64,000 nucleotides of DNA from Azolla caroliniana (lineage: Eukaryota; Plantae; Polypodiophyta), in assembly GCA_043228905.1 (NCBI GenBank), contig JBHGNT010000009.1, forward strand, positions 4,774,001 through 4,838,000, read 5' to 3'. Numbering within the stretch: position 1 is the stretch's first letter; each line of letters opens with the position of its first letter. The notes under the pieces are model-generated. The model saw nothing but the letters and a program-made list of their open reading frames with translations, did not search any database and was not told the origin of the DNA. A program made the translations under genes and the position numbers. This document shows positions 61,598 through 64,000 of the stretch, one piece after another.

Positions 61598-64000
61598 CTC
61601 GCTGCCCTCCGGTAACGGTACCGCGACTGGCCTTACCTTCCGGTCCACAGTCTTGTACTTGGTGCTTACTCGGGTCGTCCGATCCGACTCGAGCCCCCGA
61701 CCAAAGTCCGTGATGACTTCGTACATTTCTTCGGAACATACCGGTATCGTCCGGTCTTCGTTAAGGTCTTCTTCGACTACCTTCCCCAGCATTCCCAAGG
61801 TGTCGTCGAAGGAGACCGCCTCCACGGCGCCACTGATTTCTTCGTCAGGGCCGAGAACTCCGCACGCTCGAAGTCTCCCCTCCGTCTTTGTTTTCTCTCG
61901 GCCGGCGATGCCGACCATCGTACATGCTCCGCTGTCGGAGAAGCAAAATTTCCTACCTATTGTACACGGTTTTATCGTACAGATGTGGGGTTTTCCCGGA
62001 GCACCCGGACTGTCGCGGCCCCACGCCTTGGCAGTCCTCTCTAAAAATCCTCTCGGTTTTCGGAACCGAGGGAGTCGCGGTTACGTTCGTGGTTCGGCCG
62101 TACCGTCAGAAACTGGACCGAATGGCGCCCGTCTTGGCTTTTGACCCTCGCGTAGGCCGAACCATTGTCCAGCACCTTGGTCTCCATTCGCGCCGCCGTG
62201 ATGTACGGCTCTCCCAGTATGACCGGATGCGAAGACGTCTCCTGCACGAAGAAGTGCTGGTCAATCTCGACGTCGCCGATCTTGACTCGCACATTCGGAC
62301 AGGCCCCGTGCAGTTCCTCGGTGGCGCGCGTTGCTGCCCTTATTTTCCACCCGTGCTTGGTGTTGATCGGCCATTTGCCCTTCTTATAGAAGTCCATGGA
62401 CATCAAATTGATCTCCGATCCGTGGTCCACCAAAGCTATCACCGGTTCCTGGACATCGCCGATCTTCACCGGGGTTTCCGTGGTCGCTCGGGCCCAGTGT
62501 GGTCTCGAATAGTGGCTTTCCGCCCACTCGTCTCCCAGCGCCATGTCGTCTAGGTGCGTCGTCCGCACTTCCACCGGTCTTTCCGGTTCTGTCTCCGTTG
62601 ACAGCCTCTTCCGTTTCACCAAGTCCACGATGGAGTCATGGAACTCCTTCTTGGCGATTCCCAGCACCTCTCGTAACGACAGCTCCACCTTGCTGTCGAG
62701 GATCCGTTCCTCCAGGACCTTTCGTAAGTCCGTGGTCCTTTCTATCTCCGTCCCCAGACGGTACCCGCCCTTCTGGGGTTTATCTTGCGTACCGGCCCCG
62801 CCGGCTTCGTCCCGTCGTGGCCCGGACCGGGTCTCGTATCGTTGTGAGGGCCCGGTCGTCCCGGGTTTCCCCACCCGCTTCTCTTCTACCAGAGCCTCGT
62901 AGTTCTGGCAAGCGGCTTCCACGAAGCCCGTCTTTTCCTCGACCGGGTCGCTCCACCCGGTCATCTCCCGTACCCGTTTCTCCGCACGGTCCGATTCCTC
63001 CCTTTTAAGCCTTGCACCGGCAAGGCCTTCCAGCATCGTCGGCCAGAATCCGGCTTTACTTTCCCTTCGGGCCTCGCCGCCCCCGACTCGAATGCCGGCC
63101 GACGCCGAGTAGTGGACGGTTTCCGCGTGTCGGCCGCCGCCTCTTCCATCAACCTTTTCATACCACCTCGCCCGTCGTTTCGGCTCAGGGCCCTTCGGGT
63201 GTCGCTGGCATGCACCCGTCCTTCCCACAGGTACACCACCCTGTTCCTCAGCGCCTCCGCGAAGTCGCCGCAGTCCTTCCGAATGTGGCCGACTTCATCG
63301 CACCACATGCACCTGTTTCCTGCCGCCGGCCGTCGGTCACGAGCCGGTTCGCCACCTTCCCTTCGGGCTTGCGCGATTTGGAGGTCCTTTATCGCCCTCG
63401 TCAATTCCTCCAGCCCCGCTCCTCCGGTTGAGCCTCTAACTACGGCGGTCGAAGCCGAACCGGTTTCCAACCATTCTCGGGTCTCTTCCTTTCGCACCTG
63501 TGGCGCTGGTTCGAGCTTCCTTGCTGCGACCGAGCCCGACCCGGTTGCCCCGTTATCCGCCCATTCTCGCCGTTTGTCGAAACGGCCACAGACTTTCTTG
63601 ACAGCCGCCCAGTCGGTAGTGAGCCCGTCTTCGGTTTCCAGCAAGAGGCCCACTTGCTCCCGATCCCGCTCGTCGACCGACTTGACAAACAGCAAGACCC
63701 GGCTCGTGTCCAGGATGGTTCGGTCGAGCGCCGAAAGGCGCGCAAAGTTTTCCTCGAACTCCCGGAGGAGTGCTGACGCGTTTCTTCCCTTCCCCGGGGA
63801 CTCCACCCATTCCATGAACCTTCGCTTCGAAAGCCGGAGCGCGTCGTCCAGCCCGTATTTCTCTAGGAGCCGACCTTCGAACGCCTCCCAGGTACGGCTC
63901 TCCGCCCGCACCTCGAGCACCTCCGCATGGATGCTCGGCATCGCCACTCGGGGAAATCCGGCAAGACGCCTTTCTTCCGGAATGTCCCGCATCAGCATCT
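61598..64000 (-). mobile_element. Ty3/gypsy element G3 fragment: gag, protease, start of pol
   Basis: Gag with CMWCDEVGHIRKDC, protease ALVDHGSEINLM and pol start KYKTVDRKVRPVAVPLPEG. Runs off the window end. Confidence 0.88.
61985..62050 (-). promoter_or_regulatory. Candidate -1 ribosomal frameshift signal (G GAU UUU + pseudoknot)
   Basis: The protease ORF ends GAG GAT TTT TAG, and the -1 frame runs open into ORF 61574..61918. Stems GGACTG/CAGTCC and GTGGGG/CCCCAC follow. Confidence 0.7.

Overview
This is eukaryotic, transposon-saturated, heterochromatin-like DNA, most likely from a bryophyte or other non-seed plant (inferred from the element types and a plant-type intron-containing tRNA-Tyr). 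I found no ordinary host protein-coding gene. The window opens with a Penelope-like RT fragment and a minimal hammerhead ribozyme (1-2440). A ~300-bp tandem array of intron-containing tRNA-Tyr(GTA) genes/pseudogenes (about 22 copies, ~2715-32385) forms the backbone of the left half. It is interrupted by a Sola1-like fragment, a complete 16-kb Sola2-like TIR transposon, and a full-length Ty1/copia element (26179-31752). The TIR transposon carries a spliced DDD transposase, a convergent multi-exon RING-finger gene and a nested young self-priming chromovirus. The right half is a nest of tRNA-Trp-primed non-chromoviral Ty3/gypsy elements, including a tandem 3-LTR gag-only element, plus decayed copia elements. 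Most notable: antisense tRNA-like A/B-box modules inside LTRs of unrelated retrotransposons, the RING-gene-carrying Sola2 with palindrome-filled introns, the tRNA-Tyr satellite, SCGT target sites, and a conserved frameshift pseudoknot. All coordinates were read by eye, and family names need database confirmation.
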